A DNA stretch of 64,000 bases from Vicinamibacterales bacterium (GTDB taxonomy: Bacteria; Acidobacteriota; Vicinamibacteria; Vicinamibacterales; UBA2999). Below, piece after piece: positions 46,390-56,153 of the stretch. Made by a program: the position numbers and the translations under genes. The notes under the pieces are model-generated. The model was not told the origin of the DNA, did not search any database, and saw nothing but the letters and a program-made list of their open reading frames with translations. How positions within the stretch are numbered: position 1 is the stretch's first letter; the number at the start of each line of letters is the position of its first letter. The stretch spans positions 23,093 to 87,092 of the forward strand of contig DATCJA010000022.1 of assembly GCA_036507475.1 (NCBI GenBank). Direction: 5' to 3'.

Positions 46390-47150
46390 TGAACCTCAGA
46401 TTTGCAGCCGCGACGGATCCAGGCCGCGTCCGGTCGCGAAACGAGGACTGCTTCGTCGCGGAAGGCGACCTCCGGTTCTTCGCGGTTGTGGACGGGATGG
46501 GGGGGCACACCGGCGGTGACCTCGCGTCGATCACGATCGCGGAGGCCGTCACGACGTTCATCCGCGATACTGCGCGCGATTCCGACAAGACCTGGCCCGA
46601 CGGGCTTGACGCGCGGCTCTCAGCGCTGGCGAATCGTCTTCAGGTGGCGATCCGCAGCGCCAACCGCACTCTAGCGGCGCGCGCGCAGACGAATGCAGCG
46701 CTCGACGGAAGTGGCGCCACCGTGGCGGCCGCGCTGTTCGGCACCGACGATGTTGCGATTTCACATGTGGGTGACTGCCGAGCCTATCTGCTGCGCAACG
46801 GTCATCTCTCGCAGATGACCCGTGACCATTCGGTGGTGGCCGAACAGATGGCAATGGGCCTCATCGATGCGCAGGCGGCGCGGACTCATCCGCTCCGTCA
46901 CGTCGTGACCCGGGCCGTTTCCGGTCAGGCCGGCATGGCGGTGGACACGCTCGAACTGAAGATCGAATCCGGGGACCGTCTGCTGCTGTGCTCGGATGGA
47001 ATTCACAGCGTTCTGACCGATAAGGAGATTGCGGACATCGTTGGGGACCTGGAGCGGCCGCTCGACGAGCTCTGTCGCGCCGTCATCGACCGCGTAAACA
47101 GTCGAGGCGGGCCGGACAACTCCACGGCGGTGATGATAGAAGCAGACTGA
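46389..47150 (+). CDS. PP2C-family Ser/Thr protein phosphatase
   Basis: The ORF track frame runs 46188..47150. I set the start at ATG 46389 (MNLRFAAATDPGRVRSRNEDCF...VVDGMGGH...CSDGI...GGPDNSTAV). Confidence 0.85.
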   Translation: MNLRFAAATDPGRVRSRNEDCFVAEGDLRFFAVVDGMGGHTGGDLASITIAEAVTTFIRDTARDSDKTWPDGLDARLSALANRLQVAIRSANRTLAARAQTNAALDGSGATVAAALFGTDDVAISHVGDCRAYLLRNGHLSQMTRDHSVVAEQMAMGLIDAQAARTHPLRHVVTRAVSGQAGMAVDTLELKIESGDRLLLCSDGIHSVLTDKEIADIVGDLERPLDELCRAVIDRVNSRGGPDNSTAVMIEAD

Positions 47151-47187
47151 TCCCTGACCTTATAAACCGCAGACACTGCAGGGGTTA

Positions 47188-48876
47188 GTGGCAGTTTTCC
47201 CCTCCCGAATCAGCACCTTCGAGGTCATTCGCCAAATTGGCTCTGGCGGCATGGGCGCCGTGTACCTTGGCCGGGATACGGAGCTCAACCGGCCGGTCGC
47301 CATCAAGGTGATTCGGGAGGAGGTTCACGACCAGGAGGTCCTGGACCGGTTTTTCCATGAGGCGCGCGCCGCCGCGGCGCTGCGTCATCCCAACATCATC
47401 ACGATTTACGCAAGCGGCCAGCACGAACACCAGCCGTACATGGTGATGGAGTTCGTCGATGGCGAGTCGCTCGGGGAAATCATCCGGAGCCGCCGCAACG
47501 TCTCGATTGGCAACAAGCTTTCCTACCTCGAGCAGGTCTGCTCGGGCCTTCACTTTGCGCATCGCGCGGGGATCATCCACAGGGACATCAAACCCGCCAA
47601 TGTGATGGTGGATAAAGAAGGGATGGTTCGCATCCTCGACTTCGGCATCGCGCGCATCGAAGGGTCCGTGATGACGCAGGGCGGCGCGTTGATCGGGTCT
47701 GTGAATTACATGTCGCCGGAGCAGATGCTCGGGCGCTCGATCGATCATCGAAGCGACATCTTCTCGGTGGGTTCGCTCGCCTACGAGCTCTTTTCCTATC
47801 AGCAGGCGTTCAAGGGAGGACTGAACGACGGACTCCTGCAGCGGCTGCCTTACGAGCATCCGCCGTCGATCGGCGAGATCTGCCCCGGTCTTCCTGTTGG
47901 TGTCGAAGGGGTGATCGTGCGCGCGCTGCAGAAAGCGCCCGAAGACCGCTTCGAGGACCTCGCTGAAATGCGGACAGCCATCATCGATATTCAGCGCCGC
48001 CTCGATTCCACCGGGGATCAGAACACCATCATGATTCTGCGGGAAGCGCTGCAAGCTTCGCTGGGCGCCGTCGATGCTCCGCCTCCGGCATCGACGCCCT
48101 TGCACGTGGAACCCGACCACACTCCAGACCTGATGCCGCTCGAATGGGAGCCGGAGGTCGACGTCTTTCAGCCGGTGGACGTGCTCGCGCCGCCGGTGAT
48201 CCCCGAACCACCTGTCCCCGGGCCGCAGACGTGGCAGGTCAAGAAGAGGTCTTCCGACACATCGGCAAGACGACCGCTGACGACAGCGACCCCCCCGTCG
48301 TCCGGGACGTCGCGGCCTCCGAGTTCACGGACGTCGAAGTCACCCACTGCCGGAACGTCCCGACCACCGAGTGCGGTGCTCCGGCCGGCACCCTCGACCG
48401 CTTCCTCACGTACGTGGATCGTCATGGGGTCCGCCGCGGTCGCACTGCTCATCGGCGTGGCGGTGGCGATACCGTGGCTCACGGCGGCACCGTCGGATCC
48501 ACTCGACCACGAGCGACCGGGAATTGAAGCGGCGATGGAGCGCTTCCGAATCGGCTACCGGAACCGCGACCTGCGAGCGGTGCGCGAGGCCTTCCCCGCA
48601 CTCCCGCGCGATGTTCAGCAGACGATGCAACGAACCTTCAGCGACTGTCTGGTGTACGAAGTGACTTTCGACCGGATGGCGGTCGCGCTGACGCCGGGGA
48701 TTTCAACGGCGGCTCTTGCCGATGTTCGCAGCACGCATACCTGCACCCCGCAGTCCACAGGGCGGCAAACCACGGCTGTGCGGCACGACATCTACGCGCT
48801 TGGAAAAGAGGGAGACACCTGGGTCATCGAGGGTGTCGCGGCCGCGCCCGCCTCCTCAGTCGACCGTTCGCAGTAG
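47188..48876 (+). CDS. Ser/Thr protein kinase with TM segment and C-terminal NTF2/SnoaL-like domain
   Basis: 562-aa ORF with a GTG start. GSGGMGAVY, AIK, HRDIKPANVMV, DFGIAR, SPEQ. Followed by a Pro/Ser-rich linker, a TM segment (IVMGSAAVALLIGVAVAIPWL) and an about 110-aa tail. Confidence 0.85.
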   Translation: MAVFPSRISTFEVIRQIGSGGMGAVYLGRDTELNRPVAIKVIREEVHDQEVLDRFFHEARAAAALRHPNIITIYASGQHEHQPYMVMEFVDGESLGEIIRSRRNVSIGNKLSYLEQVCSGLHFAHRAGIIHRDIKPANVMVDKEGMVRILDFGIARIEGSVMTQGGALIGSVNYMSPEQMLGRSIDHRSDIFSVGSLAYELFSYQQAFKGGLNDGLLQRLPYEHPPSIGEICPGLPVGVEGVIVRALQKAPEDRFEDLAEMRTAIIDIQRRLDSTGDQNTIMILREALQASLGAVDAPPPASTPLHVEPDHTPDLMPLEWEPEVDVFQPVDVLAPPVIPEPPVPGPQTWQVKKRSSDTSARRPLTTATPPSSGTSRPPSSRTSKSPTAGTSRPPSAVLRPAPSTASSRTWIVMGSAAVALLIGVAVAIPWLTAAPSDPLDHERPGIEAAMERFRIGYRNRDLRAVREAFPALPRDVQQTMQRTFSDCLVYEVTFDRMAVALTPGISTAALADVRSTHTCTPQSTGRQTTAVRHDIYALGKEGDTWVIEGVAAAPASSVDRSQ

Positions 48877-49934
48877 CGCTGCTCGCATCGCCGCGGCGTC
48901 GGGCTCCAGGTGAAGCGCGGCGAACTCCCGCTCGACGGCGTCAAAGAGATCGATCATGTCCGGGTCGAATTGCCCTCCGCTCTTGGCGCGGAGCTCCATG
49001 GCGGCTTCGCCGGCCGTCAACGCACCCCGGTAGGGACGTTCGCATGTCATCGCGTCGTAGCTGTCGGCCACCGCCATCAGCCGCGCATGTGGATGGATAT
49101 CGCTGCCGAACAGCTGATCCGGGTACCCGCTGCCGTCCCACCGTTCATGATGACCGCGCACGGCCGGCAGTGAGGCGCCGAGGAAGGCGAGCGATTCGAG
49201 CATCTGGTGCCCGATCATCACGTGGGTCTCGATCAAGGCGCGCTCGCGTGGATCGAGGGAGCCTGGCTTCAGAAGTACCGAGTCGGGAACACCGACTTTG
49301 CCGATGTCGTGCAACATCGCGGCGCGGCGGATCGTCTCGAACTCCGTCGAGTACTTGCCGCTGTGGCGCGCGAGCACCAGCGAGTACGCGGTCACACGTT
49401 CTGAATGGCCGGCGGTGTAATGATCGCGCGCGTCGATGGCTTTCGCAAAGGCCTCCAGCGTCGCGCGGAAGTGGCGCTGCCGATCGTCGTACAGCTGCGC
49501 CCGTCTCGAGCGCAGCAGCGGCGTGCCCGGCGAACGCGGCGGCGTAATCGGCGAGCTCCGGCGCGAACTGCTCAGCGCCGAGCTTGTCGGCATAGAGCGC
49601 GCCGATCGGGCCGGTCCGACCGAGCAGCGGCACGCAGATGACCGACCGAACACCCGCAAGGAGGACGCTTGCCGCCTGATGGAGTCGAAGATCCATCCGG
49701 ATGTCGTGCACCACGAACACGTCGCGCGCCGTAAGCGCCTGTTTCACGACGGTGGAGCTGGCGAACTGCGATACGGACGAATACGGCGCCGGCGGGGCGC
49801 ACCGCGCCTGGAAGCAGCGCGCCGGTCTCGCGGTCGATCAACAGAATCGCCGTGCGATCCGGTCTGACGATCGAGACAAGACGGTCGAGCACGCGGCACG
49901 AGGCGAAGGGGCGGCATCCCCCTGGAAATATCAC
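48856..49934 (-). pseudogene. GAF - HD-GYP domain protein disrupted by two frameshifts
   Basis: Three overlapping ORF-track frames carry consecutive parts. 49572..49934 has VLDRLVSIVRPDRTAILLIDRETGAL (GAF start). 49145..49747 has KQALTARDVFVVHDIRMD...VICVPLLGRTGPIGALYAD...FAGHAAAALE (GAF end). 48856..49659 has QLYDDRQRHFRATLEAF...HDIGKVGVP...HHERWDGSGYP (HD-GYP). Confidence 0.65.
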
Positions 49935-49961
49935 CCAAGAAAGGTAGTTGTACGGGGCGGG

Positions 49962-50987
49962 CTATCGGCGGAAAAAGAGGACCTGAAACTCGCGGACGTT
50001 GCGATTGTGCTCGGCGAGCGTGTCAGAGAACACGTGTGAACCATCATTGCGGCTTACGAAATACAAGTAGCTGACGGAAGCAGGCATCAGTGTCGCTTCG
50101 ACCGATGCCTTCCCCGGCGCCGCAATCGGGCCGGGAGGCAAACCGGCATAGCGGTAGGTGTTGTATGGCGAGTCGAATGCCAGGTCCGAGCGACGGATGT
50201 TGCCGTCGTATCGCCCGGCCTTCTGCAAGGCGTAGACAACCGTCGGATCCGCCTGCAGGCCCATGCCAATCTTCAATCGATTTCGGTACACCGCAGCGAC
50301 GAGCGGTCGCTCCTCGGGTTTCCCTGTTTCCTTTTCGACCAGCGACGCGAGCGTCATGAGCTGACGCGTGGTCAGCCCCTGCACCTGCGCGCTTCGGCGC
50401 AAATCGTCGGTATATACGGCGCGAAAGCGATCGACCATCAACCGGACGAGGCGTTGCACCGATGTTTCCCGCGTCAGACTGTACGTCTCCGGAAACAGGT
50501 ACCCCTCGAGATCGACAGCGCCGGGATCGAGATCGTGGATCAACGAGCCGTCGCGAGCGGCCATGAGAAAGCTCGAAGCGGATCCGAACCCGCGGTTTTC
50601 GTACACCTGACTCATCTCGTGGATCGTCAGTCCTTCGGGAAAAGTGAGCAGCCGCGCGTACACGTCGCCGCGCGCCAGGCGCCCGATGACATCCACCGGT
50701 GTCATCGCGCGATCGAAGCGGTACTCTCCAGCCTGCAGGTCCTGCGAGCGCCCGGTCCACCAGAGCGCGGCACGAAATGTGAGTTCATCGCGGACCAGGC
50801 CGGCCTCGATCAGGCGGCGTCCAATGGCGGCGGTGCCCATGCCCGGCGGTACTTCCAGAAACTGCTCCGCTGCATCGAAACTCTTGTAGGGTTCATGGAT
50901 CCGCTGCCAGACGAATACGGCGGCCGCGCCCGCGCCCGCGAACAGGAGAAACAGGAGGACGATTGCCGGTGTGATGACCTTTCGCAT
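49962..50987 (-). CDS. mltG: endolytic murein transglycosylase MltG (YceG-like)
   Basis: The ORF track frame ends at 50990 (GTG). ATG 50987 overlaps the ruvX stop (TGATG). N-terminal TM, then FPEGLTIHEM...LASLVEKET...VYRNRLKIGMGLQADPTV...SPYNTYRYAGLPPGPI. Confidence 0.85.
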   Translation of the reverse strand: MRKVITPAIVLLFLLFAGAGAAAVFVWQRIHEPYKSFDAAEQFLEVPPGMGTAAIGRRLIEAGLVRDELTFRAALWWTGRSQDLQAGEYRFDRAMTPVDVIGRLARGDVYARLLTFPEGLTIHEMSQVYENRGFGSASSFLMAARDGSLIHDLDPGAVDLEGYLFPETYSLTRETSVQRLVRLMVDRFRAVYTDDLRRSAQVQGLTTRQLMTLASLVEKETGKPEERPLVAAVYRNRLKIGMGLQADPTVVYALQKAGRYDGNIRRSDLAFDSPYNTYRYAGLPPGPIAAPGKASVEATLMPASVSYLYFVSRNDGSHVFSDTLAEHNRNVREFQVLFFRR

Positions 50988-51451
50988 CACAGCTCGGGCT
51001 CGGCGGCGAGCGACGCCGAAGGTCGGCGCTGCGTATCCAGGTAATCCTGAAGAATGATGGCAGCGGCCGCAGCGTCGAGGCGACGTTTGCGCAGCCTCCA
51101 GTCCTTTTCGGTGATTGCCAGGCGGCTTTCCGCCTCGCGGCTCGTCAGCCGCTCGTCCTGCAGAACGACTGGAAGACGCGTGATTCTGCCCAGCTCCGTC
51201 GCGAACGCGCTGACACGCGCGGTCATCACAGTCGCCGATCCGTCCAGACGTCGCGGAAGACCCACGACGATTGTCGTCACGCCGTCCTCTTCATTTGCCA
51301 AGCGCGTGATCTCGGCAGCGGCGAGGCGCAGCCCGTCGGTCTCGAGCGAAGTCGGCCGCAGGACGCCCACTGGACGTGCAAGCGTGAGCGTCGCGTCACT
51401 GACAGCCACACCGATGCGCCGCTCTCCGACGTCAAAAGCGACCATGCGCAC
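50987..51451 (-). CDS. ruvX: Holliday junction resolvase-like RuvX (YqgF)
   Basis: 154-aa ORF. MRMVAFDVGERRIGVAVSD...IVVGLPRRLDGS...DERLTS. Confidence 0.85.
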   Translation of the reverse strand: MRMVAFDVGERRIGVAVSDATLTLARPVGVLRPTSLETDGLRLAAAEITRLANEEDGVTTIVVGLPRRLDGSATVMTARVSAFATELGRITRLPVVLQDERLTSREAESRLAITEKDWRLRKRRLDAAAAAIILQDYLDTQRRPSASLAAEPEL

Positions 51452-51476
51452 GCTATAATTCTCTCACCCTTCCAAC

Positions 51477-52619
51477 ATGATCGAGCGCGCAGTTACGTGC
51501 GGTGTCGCCTTGTTCGCGCTGTCCGCCATGGTTGCGGCTCAGACGATTCAGCGCGCGCAGCCGCAAGCGCAGGCGCAGCGGGTCAACGAACGCATCCGCG
51601 CGCTGCAAAGCGAAGCCGATCGGCTCGCGGGCCAGTCGCGTACCCTGCTCGGTGATTTGCGTGCGCTCGAAGTCGAGCAGCAGCTGCAGACCGAGCGCGT
51701 GAAGGAGGCGCGCGACGCGGTCGCGCGCGGCCAGGCGGCAATCGAGAACCTGATGGTGCGTCTGCAGTCGCTCGAGGAGGAGCGCCTGGCGCAGTTGCCC
51801 GATTTGCGTGCGCAGCTCGTCGATATCTACAAGCGCGGTCGAAGCGGATACGCAAGGCTGCTCTTCGGCGGACGCACCGTGCGCGACTTCAGTCGGGCGA
51901 CGCGCGCCGTCGCCGCGATCGTCCGCATCAACGAGCAGCGCGCGGCCGAGCATCGCCGTACGCTGGACGAGTCGCGGCGTGAGGGCGCTCAGCTCGACGA
52001 CGAGCTTCGTGGGCTGCGGGCCCGCGAGGCTGGAGCGCTGAAGGCACAGGCTGCGGCAGACCGCGCCCTCGCAGCGCGCTCGGCACTCATCGCGCAGATC
52101 GATGCGCGCCGGGATCTGAACGCACAGTTCGCAGGAGAACTTCAGCTGGCGTACGAGCGGCTGCAGCAACAGGTCGCCAACGTCGCCGCCGGAGCCTCGG
52201 CCGAGCCGGTCGCCGTCCCGCTGGCCCCCTTCCGCGGCGCTCTCGACTGGCCGGCCCAGGGTCGTGTCGCGGTTCGTTTCGGTCAGCTATCCGGGCGTCC
52301 GGGCGATGCGACGAACAGAAACGGTATCGAGATCGTCGCGCCCGAAGGCGCCCAGGTATACGCCATCCATCCCGGCACCGTGTCATACGCAGATCCGTTC
52401 TCCGCTCTCGGCAACCTCGTCATCGTCGACCACGGACAAAATGCGCAATCGCTGTACGGCTACCTCGCGTCGATCGCCGTCTCGACTGGCACGTCCGTCG
52501 ACGGCGGGACGGAGCTGGGCCGCGTAGGGTCCGCGCCCGCGGGGCCACCGGCGCTGTACTTCGAGATGCGCGTCGACGGCCGCTCTGTCGATCCCGTACA
52601 ATGGTTGCGACCCCGGTAA
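51477..52619 (+). CDS. EnvC-like murein hydrolase activator (coiled coil plus degenerate LytM/M23 domain)
   Basis: 380-aa ORF with a signal peptide and long coiled coil. The C-terminal M23 fold lacks metal ligands: NGIEIVAPEG where HxGxD is expected, and PALYFEMRV where HLHFE is expected. Confidence 0.75.
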   Translation: MIERAVTCGVALFALSAMVAAQTIQRAQPQAQAQRVNERIRALQSEADRLAGQSRTLLGDLRALEVEQQLQTERVKEARDAVARGQAAIENLMVRLQSLEEERLAQLPDLRAQLVDIYKRGRSGYARLLFGGRTVRDFSRATRAVAAIVRINEQRAAEHRRTLDESRREGAQLDDELRGLRAREAGALKAQAAADRALAARSALIAQIDARRDLNAQFAGELQLAYERLQQQVANVAAGASAEPVAVPLAPFRGALDWPAQGRVAVRFGQLSGRPGDATNRNGIEIVAPEGAQVYAIHPGTVSYADPFSALGNLVIVDHGQNAQSLYGYLASIAVSTGTSVDGGTELGRVGSAPAGPPALYFEMRVDGRSVDPVQWLRPR

Positions 52620-52622
52620 TGG

Positions 52623-52649
52623 GGTAGGTGGTAGTCGGTAGCAACTACC
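52623..52649. repeat. mini periodic hairpin (GGTAG units)
   Basis: GGTAGGT GGTAGTC GGTAGCA ACTACC, directly after the EnvC-like stop. Confidence 0.5.
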
Positions 52650-52668
52650 AACCTGACTGGGAGCTGAC

Positions 52669-53829
52669 ATGACATCGCGCAGTCGCGTATTCGTCCTTGC
52701 CCTTTCGACGCTGATCATGGTGTTTGCCTTTGTCGGCGGGTACCTCGGGCAGGCTGTCGCAAAGGACGACACATATCAGCACCTGCGCGTCTTCGAAGAC
52801 GTTGTGTCGCTCGTCCTCAACAATTACGTCGAGCCCGTCGATGTGCGTCAGGCGATGCGGGGTGCGATGAAAGGCCTGGCCGACAGCCTCGACGCCGAAA
52901 GCGCGTACCTGACAGCCGACCTGGTGCGGAGCCTCGAATCGAACGACACGGGCGGGACGGCCGAAGTGGGCGTGGATCTGACCCGGCAGTACTACCTCCG
53001 GGTTGTGGCCGCACGCGACGGCACGCCAGCCGCAAAGGCAGGCCTTCGCGCTGGTGACTTCATCAGAGCGATCGACAACCGACCCACGCGCGACATGTCG
53101 GCGTACGAAGGGGCCCGACGGCTGCGTGGTGCGCCCGGGTCGAAAGTCGCGCTGCTCGTCATTCGAGGCAACGCCGCCGACCCGCACGAAATCGCTCTGG
53201 TTCGGGAACGGGCGTCGGCGTCCGACGTTTCCTCGAGAATGGCGAACGGAGCGACGGGGTACGTTCGCATCGCCGAGTTCGCCAAGGATTCCTCCACGGG
53301 AGTGAAGCAGGCGATCGACAGCCTCACAAAGAGCGGCGCAACTCGCTTCGTCATCGACCTCCGGAGCACCGCACGCGGCGATCTGGACGATGGCATTGCC
53401 GCCGCTCGCCTGTTCGTGAAAGGCGGCACCCTCGCCGTTCGTCTCACGCGAGGAGACACGCGCGACATGGTCTCGAGTGGTGCCGGCGACGGCGCCGTGA
53501 CTGCGCCCCTGGCGTTGCTCGTCGACCAGGGCACCTCTGGAGCGGCCGAAGTCTTTGCCGCAGCACTCGCGCAGAATGATCGCGCCGATCTCGTCGGAGC
53601 TCACACACTTGGGCGCGCCGCGCGTCAGCGTCTCGTCAAGCTGCCCGATCAGAGCGGCCTCTGGCTGACGTACGTGCGCTACCTCGCACCGGACAACGAT
53701 CCCATTCACGAGACCGGACTCGAGCCCGACGTCCAAATGGAGCAGCCGGAAATCGAGTTCGGAAGCCAGCCGCCGACGACCGACGCGGCACTGCAGCGAG
53801 CAATCGAGCACCTCACTCAGAAGAAGTAG
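52669..53829 (+). CDS. S41 (C-terminal processing peptidase) homolog with substituted catalytic dyad
   Basis: 386-aa ORF with an N-terminal TM and a PDZ domain (GLRAGDFIRAIDNRPT). The S41 core reads LLVDQGTSGAAEVFAAALAQNDRADLVGAHTLGRAARQ. The canonical family has GSASASE...TFGKG. Confidence 0.7.
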   Translation: MTSRSRVFVLALSTLIMVFAFVGGYLGQAVAKDDTYQHLRVFEDVVSLVLNNYVEPVDVRQAMRGAMKGLADSLDAESAYLTADLVRSLESNDTGGTAEVGVDLTRQYYLRVVAARDGTPAAKAGLRAGDFIRAIDNRPTRDMSAYEGARRLRGAPGSKVALLVIRGNAADPHEIALVRERASASDVSSRMANGATGYVRIAEFAKDSSTGVKQAIDSLTKSGATRFVIDLRSTARGDLDDGIAAARLFVKGGTLAVRLTRGDTRDMVSSGAGDGAVTAPLALLVDQGTSGAAEVFAAALAQNDRADLVGAHTLGRAARQRLVKLPDQSGLWLTYVRYLAPDNDPIHETGLEPDVQMEQPEIEFGSQPPTTDAALQRAIEHLTQKK

Positions 53830-53883
53830 CTGCGCTTTTTGTTATACTGGCGGTTCGGGTTAACGCCTGAATTTGCAACAGAT

Positions 53884-53960
53884 AGGCGCGTAGCTCAGTT
53901 GGTTAGAGCGCCTCCCTGACACGGAGGAGGTCAGTGGTTCGAGTCCACCCGCGCCTACCA
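53884..53960 (+). tRNA. tRNA-Val (anticodon GAC), CCA encoded
   Basis: Manual cloverleaf fold. Acceptor AGGCGCG/CGCGCCT; D arm GCTC-AGTTGGTTA-GAGC; anticodon arm CCTCC-CTGACAC-GGAGG; T arm AGTGG-TTCGAGT-CCACC; discriminator A plus CCA. Confidence 0.93.
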
Positions 53961-54147
53961 ACCCTCGCTCACACGCGCCGGCCTGAAATCAGAAACCGGC
54001 GACGCGAGCTTCGGTTGGCAAGCCCGGAACGGCTTGTCCACCGTAGCGCGGAGCGCGAAGGTGGGCTGGCAAGCCAAGCGCGAAGGTTGCGCGCCGAAGC
54101 TCGCGCAGCGAGCGAAGGCGGGCCATGCGAAGTCCCGATAGCAATTC
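53961..54147 (+). promoter_or_regulatory. structured spacer/leader upstream of thrS
   Basis: 12-bp perfect long-range inverted repeat CGCGAGCTTCGG (54003-54014) / CCGAAGCTCGCG (54094-54105). It encloses GGCAAGCC/GGCTTGTCC and GGTGGGCTGGCAAGCC segments that can pair alternatively. Four GCGAAGG-like repeats are present. Confidence 0.3.
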
Positions 54148-56121
54148 ATGAGCGACGTCACCATCACGCTTCCGGACGGCTCCAGCCGCGTCGTCCCGGT
54201 TGGCACGTCCGTCCGAGACGTGGCCGCAGGAATCTCCCCGCGGCTGGCGAAAGCCGCCCTGGCAGCCGCCGTCGACGATCGGCTCGTCGATTTGTCGTTC
54301 CGTCTCGATAACGACGCGAAGCTCCGGATCATCACGCCGGACAGCGCCGAAGCGCTGCCTATCTATCGCCACAGCACGGCGCATCTGCTGGCGGCGGCCG
54401 TGACCAATCTGTTTCCGGGCGTCCAGTGCGGCATCGGGCCGGCCATCGAAGAGGGGTTCTTCTACGACTTCGTGGTGCCGCGTCCGTTCATCCCGGAGGA
54501 CCTCGATGCCATCGAGCAGCGGATGCGGGAGATGGCGCAGCAGGATCTGGCCTACGAGCGGCAGATGTGGCCCCGCGAGGAAGCTCGAACGTTCTTCGGC
54601 GGCCGCGGCGAACCGCTCAAGGTGCAGCTGATCGACGAGAAAGCAGAAGGGCAATCCGAGGTTTCCTGCTACACGATCAAGGACCGCGACACGTTCGTCG
54701 ATTTCTGTATCGGGCCGCACGTACCCTCGACCGGACGGCTCAAGGCGTTCAAGCTGCTCAGCACATCGAACGCATACTGGAAGGGCGACGCGCGCAACCA
54801 GCCGATGCAGCGCATCTACGGTACGGCGTTCTTCTCGGAAAAGGAGTTGCAGGCGTACCTGCATCGCATCGAAGAAGCGAAGAAGCGCGATCACCGGAAG
54901 ATCGGCCGAGAGCAGAAGCTGTTCATGTTTCACCCCTGGGCACCGGGGGAGGCGTTCTGGCTCGAAAAGGGCACCATCATCTACAACACGCTCGCCGACT
55001 ACATGCGGAGGGTGCTGGCTCCCGCCGGGTATGTGGAAGTCAAGGCGCCAATCGTCTTCAACAAGGCGCTCTGGGAAACGTCCGGACACTGGCAGCATTA
55101 CCGCCAGAACATGTTTCTCGTCGAAAGCGAAAACGAGCAGATGGGGCTGAAGGCGATGAATTGCCCCGGCCACTTCCTGATGTACGCCAGCGAGGTGCGG
55201 AGCTACCGCGACCTGCCGATCCGTTTCCACGAGCAGACCCCACTGCACCGCAATGAGGCATCCGGCGTACTGTCCGGGCTGACGCGCGTCCGTCAGTTCA
55301 GTCAGGACGACGCGCACTGCTTCGTCATGGAGTCGCAAATCGGAGAAGAGGTCGAGCGGCTGCTGCGACTGGTCCAGCGCGTGTACGCCGACTTCGGCCT
55401 TATGCCCGAGATGAAGCTGTCGACGCGACCGCCCGAATTCCTTGGTACCGTCGAAACGTGGAATCACGCTGAGGCGGACCTGAAGCGCGCCCTGGAGGCG
55501 GCAGGCGCGCCTTATACCGTGAACGAAGGTGACGGCGCGTTCTATGGGCCCAAGATCGATTTCGACGTCACCGACGCCATCGGACGGAAGTGGCAATGCG
55601 CGACGATTCAGCTCGACTACATGCAGGCGGACCGGTTCAATCTGACGTATGTTGGCGCCGATAACGCGGAGCATCGGCCCGTTATCATTCACCGCGCGAT
55701 CTTCGGCAGCTTCGAGCGATTCATCGCGTTGCTGATCGAGCACTTTGCGGGTGCGTGGCCGCTATGGCTTGCGCCCGTGCAGGCGGTCGTTCTACCGATT
55801 TCCGACCGGCACCTTGCCTACGCCCGCGCAGTGATGGGCCGCTTGGCGTCCGCTGGGCTGCGGGCCGAACTCGACGAGCGGCAGGAGAAGATTGGCTATA
55901 AGATCCGGGAAGCGCAGCTGCAGAAGGTCCCGTACATGCTGGTGACGGGCGATCGCGAGGCAGCCGACGGCACGATTTCGGTGCGCAGCCGGTCTTCGGG
56001 CGATCTGGGACCCCGCAGCGTCGAGGATTTCTTGCGGACCGCGCTGGATGAAATCGCGCGCAAGGATCTCGGCGTCAAACCGACTGCACACGTACAGACC
56101 GCCGAGGCCGCGGAGGCCTGA
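54148..56121 (+). CDS. thrS: threonine--tRNA ligase
   Basis: 657-aa ORF with TGS domain, editing domain ([11 protein letters not shown]), class II core and anticodon-binding domain. Confidence 0.97.
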   Translation: MSDVTITLPDGSSRVVPVGTSVRDVAAGISPRLAKAALAAAVDDRLVDLSFRLDNDAKLRIITPDSAEALPIYRHSTAHLLAAAVTNLFPGVQCGIGPAIEEGFFYDFVVPRPFIPEDLDAIEQRMREMAQQDLAYERQMWPREEARTFFGGRGEPLKVQLIDEKAEGQSEVSCYTIKDRDTFVDFCIGPHVPSTGRLKAFKLLSTSNAYWKGDARNQPMQRIYGTAFFSEKELQAYLHRIEEAKKRDHRKIGREQKLFMFHPWAPGEAFWLEKGTIIYNTLADYMRRVLAPAGYVEVKAPIVFNKALWETSGHWQHYRQNMFLVESENEQMGLKAMNCPGHFLMYASEVRSYRDLPIRFHEQTPLHRNEASGVLSGLTRVRQFSQDDAHCFVMESQIGEEVERLLRLVQRVYADFGLMPEMKLSTRPPEFLGTVETWNHAEADLKRALEAAGAPYTVNEGDGAFYGPKIDFDVTDAIGRKWQCATIQLDYMQADRFNLTYVGADNAEHRPVIIHRAIFGSFERFIALLIEHFAGAWPLWLAPVQAVVLPISDRHLAYARAVMGRLASAGLRAELDERQEKIGYKIREAQLQKVPYMLVTGDREAADGTISVRSRSSGDLGPRSVEDFLRTALDEIARKDLGVKPTAHVQTAEAAEA

Positions 56122-56143
56122 GGCTCAGGCCCCAAGGCCTGCG
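56104..56143. repeat. 8-nt periodic GGCC-rich element spanning the thrS stop
   Basis: GAGGCCGC GGAGGCCT GAGGCTCA GGCCCCAA GGCCTGCG, with GGCCTGAG/CTCAGGCC self-complementarity. Confidence 0.55.
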
Positions 56144-56153
56144 AGGAGGAGTT

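Noticed and set aside
47185-48120. 311-aa minus-strand ORF
   Set aside because: It is antisense to the intact Ser/Thr kinase domain (HRDIKPAN, DFG, SPE).
53961-54147. T-box leader or E. coli-type ThrRS operator upstream of thrS
   Set aside because: I saw no T-box consensus (AGGGUGGNACCGCG-like) and no specifier-loop layout. No anticodon-arm mimic with an NGU loop was found either. It is kept only as an unclassified structured leader.
53989-55743. 584-aa minus-strand ORF
   Set aside because: It is entirely antisense to thrS, has no recognisable motifs, and has an Arg/Leu/Val-biased composition. It is a GC-rich artefact.
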